This document shows, piece after piece, positions 1 through 9,887 of a DNA stretch of 64,000 nucleotides; positions within the stretch are counted from its first letter, which is position 1, and each line of letters starts with the position of its first letter. The translations under genes and the position numbers were made by a program. Origin of the DNA: an uncultured Bacilli bacterium (GTDB lineage Bacteria; Bacillota_I; Bacilli_A; RF39; UBA660); contig CALVYD010000007.1 of the NCBI GenBank assembly GCA_944371995.1, positions 100 through 64,099 of the forward strand, read 5' to 3'. The notes beneath the pieces were generated by a model, which did not search any database, had not been told where the DNA came from, and saw only the letters and a program-made list of their open reading frames with translations.

Positions 1-1457
1 TTATTAGGTCTCATTAAAGGAAACAAAATAACGTCTTTAATATTCTGAGAATTAGTAAGAAGTTGTACTACTCGATCAATTCCCATACCCCATCCACTAA
101 TCGGTGGCATACCACATTCCATAGCAGATATATAATCATAATCCATTGGCATTGCTTCCTCATCGCCTTGAGCTTTAAGTCTTGCTTGTTCTTCTAAACG
201 ACGAGCCTGTTCTTCAGGATCAACAAGTTCAGAATAAGCATTAATAATCTCAGCACCATTAATAACTAATTGGAAGCGATCGGTAATAGTAGGATCATCA
301 TCATTAGCACGAGCAAGAGGACTTAAACTAATTGGATGTTCTGTTAAGAAAATTGGATTTACAATATGCACTCTAGCAACTTTTTTATATAATTGGTCAA
401 CTAAATTACCATAACCTAAATTTTCAAGTGGAGTCTCACTATCAATTTCAATACCATCTTCTTTTATTTTTTCTAATAATTTTTCTTTAGTATCATATAT
501 TTTGATATCAATATCACTATAACGTAAGATTAAATCACGAAAACTAACAGCTTCCCATTCACCACTTAAATCTACTTCTTTATCACCAACCGTAATAACT
601 AAAGTACCAAATAATTTCATAATAATGGATTGAAGCATTTCTCTTAAAAACTTCATATTATCTTTATAATTATAAAATGCTGCATAACCTTCTATCATCG
701 TAAAATCTTGTAAATGAGTTGCGTCGATTCCTTCATTTCTAAAACATCTAGCAATTTCAAATACTTTAGTAAACCCTCCAACAACAGCACGTTTTAAATA
801 AGTCTCAGGTGCAATTCTTAAGTATAAATCAATATCTAATGCATTATGATGAGTAATAAACGGTTTAGCACTAGCACCACTTGCTTTATTATTCAATATT
901 GGAGTTTCAATCTCAATATATCCTGCATCATCCAAATAATTTCTAATCTCACGAATAAAACGACTTCTAAATAAGAATTTCTTCTTAGATTCATCATTCA
1001 TAATTAAATCTAAATATCTCTCACGGTAAATTGTCTCTATATCTTCAACACCATGGAATTTTTCAGGTAAAGGTTTAAGAGCTTTTCCTAAAAAAGTAAT
1101 ACTACTAGCTCTAACTGTTTTTTCACCAGTATGAGTAGTAAAAGTCTCACCTTCTACTCCAATAAAATCTCCAATATCATAATTAGATTTAAAATCTTGA
1201 TAAGCTTCTTCTCCAACCATATCTAGTTTAACTGAAATCTGGATTTTCCCTTTAATATCACCAATCGTTAAAAAACTCATCTTACCCATTTTACGCATTA
1301 ATATAATACGTCCAGCAACACGAACACCTGTAACACCATCTTCTAACTGACTAGCATCACATAATTCATAGTTTACTTCAAATCTCTCTGGATAAGGATT
1401 CTTAATATTTTTTAATTTTTCTCTTCTAACAATTTCTTGTTCACTTAATTCTCGCAT
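1..1457 (-). CDS. lysS: lysine--tRNA ligase (class II); the 3' end runs off the window by a few codons
   Basis: Absent from the ORF track because there is no stop inside the window. The minus frame is open from ATG 1457 to base 1. Translation MRELSEQEIVRREKLKNIKNPYPERFEV... carries class II LysRS motifs (CFRNEGID, GWGMGIDRVVQLL, ...LFPLMRPN at the window edge). Confidence 0.9.
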   Translation of the reverse strand, partial: MRELSEQEIVRREKLKNIKNPYPERFEVNYELCDASQLEDGVTGVRVAGRIILMRKMGKMSFLTIGDIKGKIQISVKLDMVGEEAYQDFKSNYDIGDFIGVEGETFTTHTGEKTVRASSITFLGKALKPLPEKFHGVEDIETIYRERYLDLIMNDESKKKFLFRSRFIREIRNYLDDAGYIEIETPILNNKASGASAKPFITHHNALDIDLYLRIAPETYLKRAVVGGFTKVFEIARCFRNEGIDATHLQDFTMIEGYAAFYNYKDNMKFLREMLQSIIMKLFGTLVITVGDKEVDLSGEWEAVSFRDLILRYSDIDIKIYDTKEKLLEKIKEDGIEIDSETPLENLGYGNLVDQLYKKVARVHIVNPIFLTEHPISLSPLARANDDDPTITDRFQLVINGAEIINAYSELVDPEEQARRLEEQARLKAQGDEEAMPMDYDYISAMECGMPPISGWGMGIDRVVQLLTNSQNIKDVILFPLMRPN

Positions 1458-2158
1458 GTTTTCATCTCCTTTACTACATCGCATCGAACAACATCAGTAT
1501 GTGCAACTAAATCATGAAGTCCACGTCTATCCTTACCAAACATAATCATAAAAGTACTAACTGATAGAATACAGAATTGAATAAACGCTAAAAAAGATAC
1601 TCCATAGAAATAACCGCTTTGGTTAGCAAAAATTAAAACTCCAAAACTAATCATATCTAATAAAATAGAATTAATAATTAAAGCTCTAAAAATCATTTGA
1701 TTCATAGATAAGTCACGATTAGAACTATCTACAACTCTAATCTTTAATATTTGTTTTCCTAGCGTCTGTCCATTATTCTTAATCTGATATACAACAAAAT
1801 ATAAAATGTTTAAAAAGATAATAATTAAAGTATTAACGCCTTGTTTCCTAGCTAATTCATAACTAATAGTAGAGCTTTCGTTAAAATACTCTTTCTGATT
1901 AATTTTTCCAGTAGCATAATTTTCCATTACTTCTGCACTAGACTCATTTAATTTTTGAATAGAATCAATATCTAAAAAAGGATATGAGATTATAGAAGCC
2001 ACAATAGATATAAGGAAAATATCTAATAGAAAAGCCAAAAAGCGTTGAACAAATAAAGCCTTTTCAAATTGCTCTCCTTGAGAAGTTAGTTGAACTTTCT
2101 CGTCCTTTTTCTCTTCTTTTTTAGTATCAACAACATTATCTTTTTTTCTCTTCGCCAT
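1445..2158 (-). CDS. RDD-family integral membrane protein
   Basis: 237-aa ORF with a Lys/Glu-rich N-terminus, several hydrophobic spans, and a C-terminal ...GKDRRGLHDLVAHTDVV typical of RDD domain proteins. Its stop overlaps the lysS start. Confidence 0.6.
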   Translation of the reverse strand: MAKRKKDNVVDTKKEEKKDEKVQLTSQGEQFEKALFVQRFLAFLLDIFLISIVASIISYPFLDIDSIQKLNESSAEVMENYATGKINQKEYFNESSTISYELARKQGVNTLIIIFLNILYFVVYQIKNNGQTLGKQILKIRVVDSSNRDLSMNQMIFRALIINSILLDMISFGVLIFANQSGYFYGVSFLAFIQFCILSVSTFMIMFGKDRRGLHDLVAHTDVVRCDVVKEMKTCEN

Positions 2159-3131
2159 CTAATTCCTCCTTAAATGTATTCAATATAGAAATTATATCAC
2201 GAATTTTAGTTGTTTGATAGATTTTATTTTTAACATTATTGCCTCCAGGTACACCTTTTAAATACCATCCAAAATGATTTCTAATCTCTAGTGTTGCAAT
2301 ATGTTCATCTTTTAAATGTGTTAAATAATCCAAATGATGTAAAATCATAGATATTTTATCAGATATACTAATATCAGAGTTATAATATCCACCTTCCAAA
2401 TAAGAAATAGTATTTCGAATAAGCCAAGGATTTCCTAACACACCACGACCTATCATAACTGCATCACAACCAGTCTCTTCTAACATTCTCTTAGCATCTT
2501 CTGGAGTTTTAATATCACCATTTCCAATAACAGGAATAGAAACCACATCTTTTACTTGCTTTATAATAGACCAATCTGCTTTGCCACTATATCCCTGACT
2601 ACGAGTTCTAGGATGCACACAAATAGCAGCAGCACCTGCCTTTTCTATAATCTTAGCAACTTCTACAGCATTGATATGATTCTGATCCCAGCCACTACGG
2701 ATTTTAACCGTTACAGGAATCGGTACAGCACCAACCACAGCCTTCACTATCTCATATATCTTTTCAGGATTTTTTAGTAACGCAGAGCCTGCTTGCGCAC
2801 GAACTGCAACTTTAGGAACTGGACATCCCATATTAATATCTATAATATCAGGACGCATATTTTGATAAATATACTTTGCTGCTTCCACAAATGACTCTTT
2901 ATCACTACCAAAGATTTGTTGGACTAATGGTCTTTCTTCTTCTGTCATATATAGCATATCAATCGTCTTTTTATTTTGAAAACTAATCGCTTTATCACTG
3001 ACCATTTCAGCATAGATAAGACCACATCCCATTTCCTTGCAAATTCGTCGAAAAGCAGAATTACAAATTCCAGCCATTGGAGCAAGAACAACTTGATTTT
3101 CAATAGATACATTTCCAATTTTCCACTGCAT
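2136..3131 (-). CDS. dusB: tRNA-dihydrouridine synthase
   Basis: MQWKIGNVSIENQVVLAPMAGICNSAFR..., DINMGCP, VHPRTRSQ. Start trimmed to ATG 3131, which has GGAGGA 7 nt upstream. Sits next to lysS as in B. subtilis (yacF-lysS). Confidence 0.88.
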   Translation of the reverse strand: MQWKIGNVSIENQVVLAPMAGICNSAFRRICKEMGCGLIYAEMVSDKAISFQNKKTIDMLYMTEEERPLVQQIFGSDKESFVEAAKYIYQNMRPDIIDINMGCPVPKVAVRAQAGSALLKNPEKIYEIVKAVVGAVPIPVTVKIRSGWDQNHINAVEVAKIIEKAGAAAICVHPRTRSQGYSGKADWSIIKQVKDVVSIPVIGNGDIKTPEDAKRMLEETGCDAVMIGRGVLGNPWLIRNTISYLEGGYYNSDISISDKISMILHHLDYLTHLKDEHIATLEIRNHFGWYLKGVPGGNNVKNKIYQTTKIRDIISILNTFKEELDGEEKKR

Positions 3132-3132
3132 A

Positions 3133-3594
3133 TTACATCCTCCTTTTCCTAACATCATTAACATCTTCATTCACCAAAGACACTCGGTAACAATTATTTA
3201 AAATTTTAGCTACAATCAAATCCTTATCAGAATAAGAACTATCCAATACTTTATGTGCACAAGTTAAAGACATAATCAAAATACCTTCATCAGATGAAAA
3301 AAATTCTTTTCCTCGTGCTTTTAAAATATTAAACTGCTGCAACATTTCTACACCATATTCTAGATAATCAATAGCCTCAGGCTTAGAAAAAAATAAATCT
3401 AAATAATACTCAAAACCTGAAACTACCAAATCTAAATAGAAAAAATCATGGTAATTTCCACTTTTATTATTTAAAAAACGAGTAAGTAAGTTAGAATACT
3501 GATTTAATAAATCTGAATAATCACATACAATAGGAACATCATCTCTATGAAAAAACATCTGTGGAAAAGTTGTTAAATATTGTTTATCATACAT
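3133..3594 (-). CDS. hypothetical protein (about 153 aa), no recognisable family
   Basis: ORF in the track. Start trimmed to MYDKQYL... (ATG 3594), preceded by GAGGG. Abuts the dusB start. Confidence 0.5.
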   Translation of the reverse strand: MYDKQYLTTFPQMFFHRDDVPIVCDYSDLLNQYSNLLTRFLNNKSGNYHDFFYLDLVVSGFEYYLDLFFSKPEAIDYLEYGVEMLQQFNILKARGKEFFSSDEGILIMSLTCAHKVLDSSYSDKDLIVAKILNNCYRVSLVNEDVNDVRKRRM

Positions 3595-3652
3595 AACAAT
3601 CCCTCTTTTGCATGCATAATATACCATAATTTAAAAAAAAAGAAAAGACAAT

Positions 3653-4045
3653 TTATCTTTTCTTAACAAAAGTTATTCCTAAAGATTCATTTTTTTGATT
3701 ATAAGAATCTGACAAATCCTTCTTTTCTTGTAAATTTCTTGCAAATATTGCAGATGAAATAGAAAAAGCACCAAGCATAAGTGTAGAAAATAATTCTTCT
3801 GTTGTTGAAGAATTAGCAATAATCCATGCTAAAGAAAGAGCCGAAAAAGAACCACTAGCCAAGAGATTGGCACAAATATCACCATATTTCGTAATAAAAT
3901 CTGCTTTGAAATCATAATATTCAAAAATTTATTCCTTAGACCAATCATGATCAAAAAAATACTCTTCAATAGCGTTATCCTCTTCTCTTAAGGCCTTCGT
4001 TGAAGGAACTCCAAAAATACGCCAGATAAAGTCTTCTGATTTCAT
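3653..4045 (-). pseudogene. 130-codon reading frame interrupted by one in-frame TAA (3929-3931): a pseudogene or two small ORFs
   Basis: ATG 4045 with AAGGAGGG upstream gives MKSEDFIWRIFGVPSTKALREEDNAIEEYFFDHDWSKE, then TAA. The same frame continues IFEYYDFKADFITKYGDICANLLASGSFSALSLAWII... to the stop at 3653. The track ORF 3653..3862 is the tail of this frame. Confidence 0.45.
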
Positions 4046-4104
4046 AATACACCCTCCTTTTATAAGAACTATTAAAATCAATTATACATAAATTTTTCTT
4101 AATT

Positions 4105-4134
4105 GCAAAGAAAAAGCAAACTAATGGTTTGCTT
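4105..4134 (-). terminator. rho-independent terminator overlapping the ftsH stop
   Basis: Minus strand AAGCAAAC-CATTA-GTTTGCTT followed by TTTTTCTTT. Confidence 0.6.
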
Positions 4135-6103
4135 CATCTAATTCTTTTAGTAATTCAGCCTTACTCATTTTAGAATAACCTTTAATTCCTTTTTCTTTAG
4201 CAATTTCCTTTAATTTAGTAACAGACATCTTTTCATAACTAGTCTCATCATCCTCTTCTGGCATTTTTCCATTCTTAACTAAATAATCAATTTGCTCTTT
4301 TGTTAAAGTTTCATATTCTAATAATGTATTAGCAATTAACTCTAATAAATCTTTATTTTTACTAATAATTTCTTTTGCTTTTTCATGACAGTCATTAATA
4401 ATTTTTCTCATTTCCATATCAATTTCATTAGCAACTTCATTAGAGAAATGTTGTGGTTTGTTATAATCTCTTCCTAAGAAAACACTTCCACTTTGTTGCT
4501 CAAATTGTAATGGTCCTAAATCACTCATACCATATTCAGTTACCATAGCACGAGCAAGTTTTGTAGCTTTTTCAAAATCGTTGTGAGCACCAGTAGTAAT
4601 CTCACCAAAAACGATTTCTTCAGCAGAACGTCCACCTAATAATCCAGTAATTTCTTCTAGCAAATCTGTCTTAGTAGAACATAATTTTTCTTCACTTGGA
4701 ACCATCATATTATATCCGCCAGCAGAGCCTCTTGGAATAATAGTAACTTTTTGAACGACATTAGCATGAGCAAGTTTTAAACCAATAACGGCATGTCCAG
4801 CTTCATGGAAAGCAACAAGACGACGATCATTTTCACTATATTTATGAGATGTTTTAGCAGGTCCCATTAATACACGATCAGTTGCTTCATCTATTTCACT
4901 CATAGTAATCTTATCTTTGTTACGACGTACAGCAAGAAGAGCTGCTTCATTAAGTAAATTTTCAAGATCAGCACCACTGAATCCTGGTGTACGTTTAGCT
5001 AAATTACTAAGAGTAATACCATCTGCTAAAATCTTATTTTTAGCATGTACAGCTAAAATTTCTTCACGGCCTTTAACATCAGGTAAATTAACAGTAACTT
5101 GTCTATCAAAACGACCTGGACGAAGCAACGCAGGATCTAATACATCTGGACGGTTAGTAGCAGCAATAATAATAATTCCTTCATTTGCTCCAAATCCATC
5201 CATTTCAGTAAGTAACTGGTTTAATGTTTGTTCACGTTCATCATGTCCTCCGCCTAAACCAGTACCACGTTGACGACCAACAGCATCAATTTCATCAATA
5301 AAAATTAAACATGGAGCATTTCTTTTTGCTTGTTGAAACATATCACGAACACGGCTAGCACCAACACCAACAAAAAGTTCTACGAAATCAGATCCACTAA
5401 TAAAATAGAATGGAACATTAGCTTCACCTGCAACAGCCTTTGCAAGTAATGTTTTACCAGTTCCTGGAGGACCAAACAATAATACTCCTTTAGGAATTCT
5501 AGCACCAAGTTTTTGGAATTTTTTTGGATTTTTTAAGAAATCAATCAATTCCTTAACTTCCTCTTTTTCCTCTTTTAGACCAGCAACATCTTTAAATGTT
5601 ACTTTATTAGAATCTGTATTTAATCTAGCTTTACTCTTACCAAAATCCATAGAACTCTTAGTTCCAGCCATTTGACGACTAAAGAAGAAAAAGGCAAATG
5701 CAATTAGCAACACTATTGGTAATACATTAATTAATATAAACCAAGCAGTAGAAGCATCAGGATCATTAACAGCAGTCAATTCAAAATCTTGAACATCACT
5801 TGCCTCCACAATTTTCTTCATTACTTGTTCACTAAGTGGTAAACGAACAAAGAAAGTTTCATTATCTTTATAATCTTTCAAAGTACCTCTTGCCTCATAT
5901 GTATAGGCACTACCTCTAGCAGTAATTTGTACTTTATCAATATTTCCTTCTTCCATTTCACTCATAAATTCATTATAAGTTAATACATTAACATCATTAT
6001 TCATAATATTAACTACATAGAAAACACCAAGCATAATTAATGCTAAAAATAGATAAGGTAATAAACCTCGTTTAATAGTCTTTTTATCTATAGTTTTATT
6101 CAC
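4121..6103 (-). CDS. ftsH: ATP-dependent zinc metalloprotease FtsH with a C-terminal Rho_N/HeH-like tail
   Basis: Two N-terminal TM segments, Walker A GPPGTGKT, second region of homology, HEAGH zinc site. Tail is [30 protein letters not shown]. Confidence 0.95.
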   Translation of the reverse strand: MNKTIDKKTIKRGLLPYLFLALIMLGVFYVVNIMNNDVNVLTYNEFMSEMEEGNIDKVQITARGSAYTYEARGTLKDYKDNETFFVRLPLSEQVMKKIVEASDVQDFELTAVNDPDASTAWFILINVLPIVLLIAFAFFFFSRQMAGTKSSMDFGKSKARLNTDSNKVTFKDVAGLKEEKEEVKELIDFLKNPKKFQKLGARIPKGVLLFGPPGTGKTLLAKAVAGEANVPFYFISGSDFVELFVGVGASRVRDMFQQAKRNAPCLIFIDEIDAVGRQRGTGLGGGHDEREQTLNQLLTEMDGFGANEGIIIIAATNRPDVLDPALLRPGRFDRQVTVNLPDVKGREEILAVHAKNKILADGITLSNLAKRTPGFSGADLENLLNEAALLAVRRNKDKITMSEIDEATDRVLMGPAKTSHKYSENDRRLVAFHEAGHAVIGLKLAHANVVQKVTIIPRGSAGGYNMMVPSEEKLCSTKTDLLEEITGLLGGRSAEEIVFGEITTGAHNDFEKATKLARAMVTEYGMSDLGPLQFEQQSGSVFLGRDYNKPQHFSNEVANEIDMEMRKIINDCHEKAKEIISKNKDLLELIANTLLEYETLTKEQIDYLVKNGKMPEEDDETSYEKMSVTKLKEIAKEKGIKGYSKMSKAELLKELDEANH

Positions 6104-6115
6104 TGTTTTTCCTCC

Positions 6116-7426
6116 TTAACTATATTTTAATATTATATCATAACTTTCGCTTTTTTTCTTATCATATTTAGATTTTTTTAATCCAGGAAGCCAAACAATA
6201 ACTCCTTTAGCATCTACAACAACAGGCCAAAGATCCCTATCACTAGCTTTTACTTTTTTATCAATAAAGATATCTTTAATTTTCTTAGTACCATTTCCTT
6301 TTACTGCCATACGATCTCCAAACCTTCTAGTTCTAACAGTTAAAGGCAAACTAATTTCCGTACTAAGTAAACGACAAGTATCATTACCAGAACCTAAAAG
6401 CTCATCTACCTGTTCAATTACATGATGATTAGGCAACTCTACATATTTAGAAATTTCAACTTCATAAGTTGTGATTTCCGTAGTAACTTTCTTTAACTCT
6501 AACATATGATAAGTCTTAGTTGCAATTACTTCATTAGGCAAATTAACAAAAGCATTCGCCCTATTACTATATATTAAATTTAATAAAAGTTCAATATGTT
6601 TATCATTAATTAGTATCAAATCATCTTGATAATACTCATTCATCAGATAATATAAAACTTCTTTTTGAATAAATAAATCCAATTTTTTAAACTCTTCTAT
6701 TTCTAAAGCATTATTATAAATAACTTTTTTTAATGCCTTATCACGTTCATGTTCAATAAACTGATTAGCTTCATTTAAAACCGTACTAAATTTTAAATAT
6801 TTTAAATGCACATTAGGATCTTCTTCTTTTAAGAAAGGTAAAATATATTTACGATATCTATTTCTTGTATACTTATCTTTAGCATTAGAACTATCAATAT
6901 AGTACATAACATGATTTTTCTTATCATACTCTTCTAATTCTTGTTTCGTATATACTAATAATGGACGTACTATTTGATATCCTTCCATATCGACAACCTT
7001 TTTAAATCCACTATAACCATTTAAATTAGAACCTCTAGTAATTCTCATCAAAATAGTTTCTACCAAATCATCACCATGATGTGCCGTCATTAAATATTGT
7101 GCATGATATTTATAAACAACTTTTTCAAAAAAATTATATCGAATATTTCTAGCTTCGTTATGAAAGTTATCATCACCATACTCTGTTATAACCATACCTT
7201 CAAACATAATATGCTTTTTTTCACAATAATTTCTAAGATATTCTTCTTCTTGTACACTTTGTTTTCTTAAATTATGATTAACATGAGCAACAATCAAGCT
7301 AAGATTATATTTCTCTCTAATCTTTAGCAACATATCAACCAAAGCCATAGAATCAGGTCCTGCAGAACAACCTATAACAATAATATCATTTTTATGAAAT
7401 GTAAAATTATCTTCAATAGAAACCAT
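6116..7426 (-). CDS. tilS: tRNA(Ile)-lysidine synthase
   Basis: PP-loop SAGPDS (VIGCSAGPDSMAL), VAHVNHNLR. Located upstream of ftsH as in Bacillus. Confidence 0.88.
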   Translation of the reverse strand: MVSIEDNFTFHKNDIIVIGCSAGPDSMALVDMLLKIREKYNLSLIVAHVNHNLRKQSVQEEEYLRNYCEKKHIMFEGMVITEYGDDNFHNEARNIRYNFFEKVVYKYHAQYLMTAHHGDDLVETILMRITRGSNLNGYSGFKKVVDMEGYQIVRPLLVYTKQELEEYDKKNHVMYYIDSSNAKDKYTRNRYRKYILPFLKEEDPNVHLKYLKFSTVLNEANQFIEHERDKALKKVIYNNALEIEEFKKLDLFIQKEVLYYLMNEYYQDDLILINDKHIELLLNLIYSNRANAFVNLPNEVIATKTYHMLELKKVTTEITTYEVEISKYVELPNHHVIEQVDELLGSGNDTCRLLSTEISLPLTVRTRRFGDRMAVKGNGTKKIKDIFIDKKVKASDRDLWPVVVDAKGVIVWLPGLKKSKYDKKKSESYDIILKYS

Positions 7427-7483
7427 AAAACACCTCCTTAAAATATTACAAATTACAACTTATCAGCAAAAAAGAAAATTCCT

Positions 7484-7783
7484 TTATTCTTCAGGAATTT
7501 TCAAAATAAATTCTCCATCTTTAGAATAAAGATACTTTTCTCTAGCATATCTAGCAATATAATCTGGATCTTGCAACTTATTAGCATCCACCTTTAACTT
7601 CTTTTCTTTATTCTTTAAAGAAATCAACTCTTTTTCTAACTTCTTTTGTTCCTGATATTTATCATAGATTTCAATCCAATACTTGCCAATAGTAAAAGTA
7701 GTAGCAACGATGACTATAATAGAAGTTAACCCTAAAAATAACATTCTTCTACGACTTTTAGTCTTAGTTTTATTTTTAGTCAT
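7484..7783 (-). CDS. divIC: septum formation initiator (DivIC/FtsB family)
   Basis: Basic N-terminus, single TM, coiled coil, ...DPDYIARYAREKYLYSKDGE motif. Start trimmed to MTKNKTK (ATG 7783). Confidence 0.75.
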   Translation of the reverse strand: MTKNKTKTKSRRRMLFLGLTSIIVIVATTFTIGKYWIEIYDKYQEQKKLEKELISLKNKEKKLKVDANKLQDPDYIARYAREKYLYSKDGEFILKIPEE

Positions 7784-7867
7784 CAAATCACCTACTCTTT
7801 CACAATAAATTATAGACCAGTTTAAAGTATAGAGCAATATTCACAAAAAAAAAATAGAAATTTGACA

Positions 7868-8143
7868 CTATTTTTTACGTATTTTTTTCATAATTGGAAA
7901 ACTAATATAAAAACCAATAGAAATCATAAGATAAAAATAAATATGTATAATACCATCATTAATAAATTTTATAATTAAAAAATATAATAAAGCCATATCT
8001 AGTAAAAACAAAAAAGTCATAAGAACCCTAAAAATCTTTTTCTTTAAAAAAAGATATTGATAATTAAGATTCACACAAAAAGAAAATAGTATTCCGTAAA
8101 AAAAAGAAAAAAGTAAAGAAAAGACTTGTATTTTTAAATTCAT
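7868..8143 (-). CDS. yabQ: spore cortex biosynthesis protein YabQ-like membrane protein
   Basis: 91-aa polytopic membrane ORF. Its ATG overlaps the yabP stop (TAATG). Position matches yabP-yabQ-divIC synteny. Confidence 0.65.
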   Translation of the reverse strand: MNLKIQVFSLLFSFFYGILFSFCVNLNYQYLFLKKKIFRVLMTFLFLLDMALLYFLIIKFINDGIIHIYFYLMISIGFYISFPIMKKIRKK

Positions 8144-8430
8144 TATTTAAACAATCGATTAAATATACTATTTTCTTTATCTTTTTTCGCATCCTCAACA
8201 TAATTAATACTATGAACAAGTCCTTTAATAGAAACATTACCTTGTATAGTATCTAACTTAATCAACTCTAACCCTTCACCTTTAATTAACAAAAAGCCCA
8301 TGATAGTATCTAATAAAAATTGCTCACTGTCAAAGTTTTCTATTTTTTTTACTCCAGTAATAACTAAATTTTTTCTTTCTAACAAACTAATACCATGATT
8401 ATAACTATTAATGCTATCTTGTTTATCCAT
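8143..8430 (-). CDS. yabP: sporulation protein YabP
   Basis: 95 aa, ...LLERKNLVITGVKKIENFDSEQFLLDTIMGFLLIKGEGLELIKLD... matches the YabP/YqfC pattern. Synteny supports the call. Confidence 0.75.
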   Translation of the reverse strand: MDKQDSINSYNHGISLLERKNLVITGVKKIENFDSEQFLLDTIMGFLLIKGEGLELIKLDTIQGNVSIKGLVHSINYVEDAKKDKENSIFNRLFK

Positions 8431-8475
8431 ACATATCCTCCTAATAAAAGATATGCAAGGAAAAAAATATTATGC

Positions 8476-8497
8476 AAAAAAAAGATGCCTTAGCACC
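8476..8497 (-). terminator. possible terminator after spoVG
   Basis: Minus strand GGTGC-TAAG-GCATC (includes one G-U pair) followed by T8. Confidence 0.4.
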
Positions 8498-8776
8498 TTA
8501 TTCTTCATTTTCTACAGGGTCTTCTGTATTTTCATATTCTTCTAAAATAGCTTGCTCAAACATAGCTCTAACTTCAGGATTAATAGGATGAGCAATATCA
8601 CGATAACTACCATTAGCTATTTTTCGGCTTGGCATAGCTATAAATAGACCGTTATCACCCTCGATAATACGAATATCGTGTACTGCAAAGCTATCATCTA
8701 ATAATACTGAAGCAATACCTTTCATACGAGAACCTTCCTTATTAAATTTGTGTACTTTTACAGATGTAATTTTCAT
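8498..8776 (-). CDS. spoVG: septation/RNA-binding protein SpoVG
   Basis: [52 protein letters not shown]... is a clear SpoVG signature. Confidence 0.92.
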   Translation of the reverse strand: MKITSVKVHKFNKEGSRMKGIASVLLDDSFAVHDIRIIEGDNGLFIAMPSRKIANGSYRDIAHPINPEVRAMFEQAILEEYENTEDPVENEE

Positions 8777-8870
8777 GTAATATTTCCTCCCTCATAAAGT
8801 ATTACACTTTATAACTTAATTCTATAATACTTGGTAAAAAAAAGCAATCATTTTCTTATTTTCAAAGTAA

Positions 8871-9083
8871 TTAATGCAAAATTTCTAAACTTTGCATTAA
8901 AATATCACTATAACTAAATGTTTTTATATTATGATTACTAAGTTGAATAGTAAAAACAGCGGGATATAACTCCGTAATTACACCTTGAAATTCATCTGTT
9001 TGGTTTCTACTTCCGTGAAAACGAAAAGATCTTTCTATTCCTTGATTAGCAGCAACAATCTGCTTTACACTCTCAATCATCAT
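8871..9083 (-). CDS. veg: Veg-like biofilm/sporulation-associated small protein
   Basis: 70 aa. ...GVITELYPAVFTIQL...FSYSDIL... parallels B. subtilis Veg. Follows yabG as in Bacillus. Confidence 0.7.
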   Translation of the reverse strand: MMIESVKQIVAANQGIERSFRFHGSRNQTDEFQGVITELYPAVFTIQLSNHNIKTFSYSDILMQSLEILH

Positions 9084-9844
9084 CTTGGATACCCCACATA
9101 CATAGTTCCATTTGTAATAATTCCTCCCATTCCATCTTTTCCATATTTTGTTTTTCCCAATATTTTTAATAAATCTATACTTTTATTTCGATCAGAAAGT
9201 GCCAATGAAGTTGCTAAAATAGCGGGATCCAAAGCATGAATATTAATACGCTTAGGACTAGAAGCAAAGTTAGCACCTGCCTTAATTAATTCCTCATAAT
9301 TAGACTGACACGCTCCAGCAATAATAATCAATTTATCTTGACTCTTCTCATACTTTCTAGCTTCTTTCACTGTTTCTATAAAATTAAAAGAATTTTGATA
9401 GTCTCCTCTATTCTTTTTTAGATAAGCATCATGTCCTGTAATCACTACAATATCCGGTTGAAATTCTCTAAGTAAATCTTCTATCTTATTTGGCATTTCA
9501 ATCTCAGGTATAGTAAGTCCATTTGCTTTAACATTCATTTCATGATAAAACTTCATACATCTTTTTAAATAATCACTATCACCATCAATATGCAAAATTT
9601 TTCCAGGTAAATAAAAATATTGACTCCTATCCATTTGTAAGTCTCTAATATTTTCTTCCAATATTTGCTGATCAGAATCAGAAGTAACACTAGCCTGAAC
9701 TAAATCAGAGACTAAACTATCCGCATAAAGTCTTAAATCTACTCCTTTTAACATAGCAATATTTTCATCAATAGAAATTATTTTAAATACGATATCATGA
9801 TTATGAGAAATCCTAGTTACTAAATCACCTTCTCTAAATTTCAA
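9080..9844 (-). CDS. yabG: sporulation-specific protease YabG
   Basis: 254 aa, TTG start. N-terminal GDLVTR.SHNHDIVFKI, central ...PDIVVITGHDA..., C-terminal ...GGIITNGTMYVGYPR. Lies between rsmA and veg. Confidence 0.8.
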   Translation of the reverse strand: MKFREGDLVTRISHNHDIVFKIISIDENIAMLKGVDLRLYADSLVSDLVQASVTSDSDQQILEENIRDLQMDRSQYFYLPGKILHIDGDSDYLKRCMKFYHEMNVKANGLTIPEIEMPNKIEDLLREFQPDIVVITGHDAYLKKNRGDYQNSFNFIETVKEARKYEKSQDKLIIIAGACQSNYEELIKAGANFASSPKRINIHALDPAILATSLALSDRNKSIDLLKILGKTKYGKDGMGGIITNGTMYVGYPR

Positions 9845-9887
9845 AATATCATCTCCAATAAAATCTATGCCAAAAAAAAAGAAATAT

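Noticed and set aside
3929-3931. The in-frame TAA raised the possibility of a reassigned stop codon or a Mollicutes-like code.
   Set aside because: TAA terminates most confidently identified genes here. TGA also acts as a stop (for example at 41829-41831), and Trp in conserved motifs is TGG. The standard code 11 fits, and an isolated nonsense mutation is the simpler explanation.
4917-5273. Antisense or alternative-frame track ORFs inside well-supported genes. Examples: 4917..5273 in ftsH, 33640..34026 and 33609..33824 in gyrB, 42376..42921 in mnmE, 46250..46522 in noc, 51214..51516 in abgT, 52131..52700 in ychF, 59145..59524 in dnaB, 15760..16132 in metG, and 19579..19779 in mfd.
   Set aside because: All lie fully within genes that have clear conserved-family translations. 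They lack RBSs and give low-complexity Ser/Phe/Ile-rich products typical of shadow frames.
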